DNA from: Anaeramoeba ignava BMAN | Taxonomy: Eukaryota > Protista > Anaeramoebae | Direction of reading: 5' to 3' | DNA length: 64,000 nucleotides | Assembly: GCA_028826165.1 (NCBI GenBank) | Contig: JAPDFW010000064.1 | Span: forward strand, 372,001-436,000 | Shown here: piece after piece, positions 62,998 to 64,000 of the stretch | How positions within the stretch are numbered: the stretch's first letter is position 1 | Layout of the letters: each line of letters opens with the position of its first letter | Position numbers and translations under genes: made by a program | Notes under the pieces: model-generated | Seen by the model: only the letters and a program-made list of their open reading frames with translations | Database searches by the model: none | What the model was told of the DNA's origin: nothing

Positions 62998-63350
62998 TTA
63001 AACAATTCTAAATTCTCCATTTTTAATTTGACTTAAAAGAATCCTTAATGTTCTTTCAGAACTACGAACAAAAAACTATTTAAAAATAAAAACAAAAAAA
63101 ATTAAATCTAAATTAAATTCTAAATAAAAATTAACTATTTTTCATACATCAAAAGGTCTTAATTCTGTTAAGATTCCTAAAATGATAGTATTTTGATCAA
63201 TTTGAAGTCTAATACAATCTCCTTTTCTAATAACAAGTTGATTATAAACTAATTTATTATCTTGGACTAAAACATTAATTTTTTGATCTGTTTTGGGATC
63301 TTTTTGATTTTGGATAAGATTTTTATCCCATTGTTGGTGTATTAAAGATA
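62998..63350 (-). CDS. 3' end of an Sds3/BRMS1-like protein (partial; continues beyond the window)
   Basis: Two exons give VLVQDNKLVYNQLVIRKGDCI...GILTEL...FFVRSSERTLRILLSQIKNGEFRIV*, which resembles the Sds3-family C-terminal domain. Confidence 0.55.
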
Positions 63351-63354
63351 CTAA

Positions 63355-64000
63355 ATCAAAATATTTAAATCAATATTTAAATCAATATTTAAATCAATAT
63401 TAAATTAATATTTAAATTAATATTTAAATTATTTAAATTAATATTTAAATTAATATTTAAATTAATATTTAAATTAATATTTAAATTAATATTTAAATTA
63501 ATATTTAAATTAATATTTAAATTAATATTTAAATTAATATTTAAATTAATATTTAAATTAATATTTAAATTAATATTTAAATTAATATTTAAATTAATAT
63601 TTAAATTAATATTTAAATTAATATTTTAAATCAAAATATTTTAAATTAATATTTAAATTAATATTTAAATTAAAATCAAAATTAATATTTAAATCAATAT
63701 TTAAATTAATATTTAAATTAATATTTAAATTAATATTTAAATCAATATTTAAATTAATATTTAAATTAATATTTAAATTAATATTTAAATTAATATTTAA
63801 ATTGATATTTAAATTAATATTTAAATTAATATTTAAATTAATATTTAAATTAATATTTAAATTAATATATAAATTAATATTTAAATCAATATTTAAATTA
63901 ATATTTAAATTAATATTTAAATTAATATTTAAATTAATATTTAAATTAATATTTAAATTAATATTTAAAATCAATATTTAAATCAAATATTTAAATTAAT
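63355..64000. repeat. (TTTAAATTAATA)n intronic satellite
   Basis: Directly visible array running to the window end. Confidence 0.9.

Noticed and set aside
1938-63974. Low-complexity ORFs such as (FK)n, (LLNI)n, (IL)n, (NF DF)n, (INKF)n, (FIIK)n, (NINL)n
   Set aside because: They are translations of intronic or intergenic microsatellites, or antisense shadows of real genes.
1-64000. tRNA, rRNA or transposon sequences
   Set aside because: None recognisable by eye; a tRNAscan/Infernal/RepeatModeler run would be needed to exclude them.

Overview
Very AT-rich, intron-dense eukaryotic DNA. The short GT-AG introns, intron-filling microsatellites and ankyrin/BTB, Rab, TRAPP and A2M genes suggest an anaerobic protist such as Anaeramoeba (inference, not a database result). 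About 21 protein-coding genes can be reconstructed by hand: a secreted QPVLQ-motif protein, an ML-domain protein, a U-box-like protein, an Na+/H+ exchanger, Rpp20/POP7, LCAT/PLA2G15, a large USP deubiquitinase, a WH2-C-A actin nucleation factor, a thioester (A2M) protein, CFAP20, TRAPPC4, a Kir channel, a Rab and others. Main discovery: two ankyrin-repeat + BTB genes (21924-29242 and 57396-59946, both minus strand) are built as one repeat per phase-0 exon. The two variable residues of the ankyrin beta-hairpin (D-x-x-G-x-TPLH) are usually missing from these exons. They are supplied instead by separate 3-nt single-codon microexons (AG|NNN|GT) inside the introns: 33 in the first gene and 12 plus 1 duplicate in the second. 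A 4-nt microexon also completes a conserved motif in the first gene of the window. Several single-base frameshifts in homopolymers look like assembly errors.
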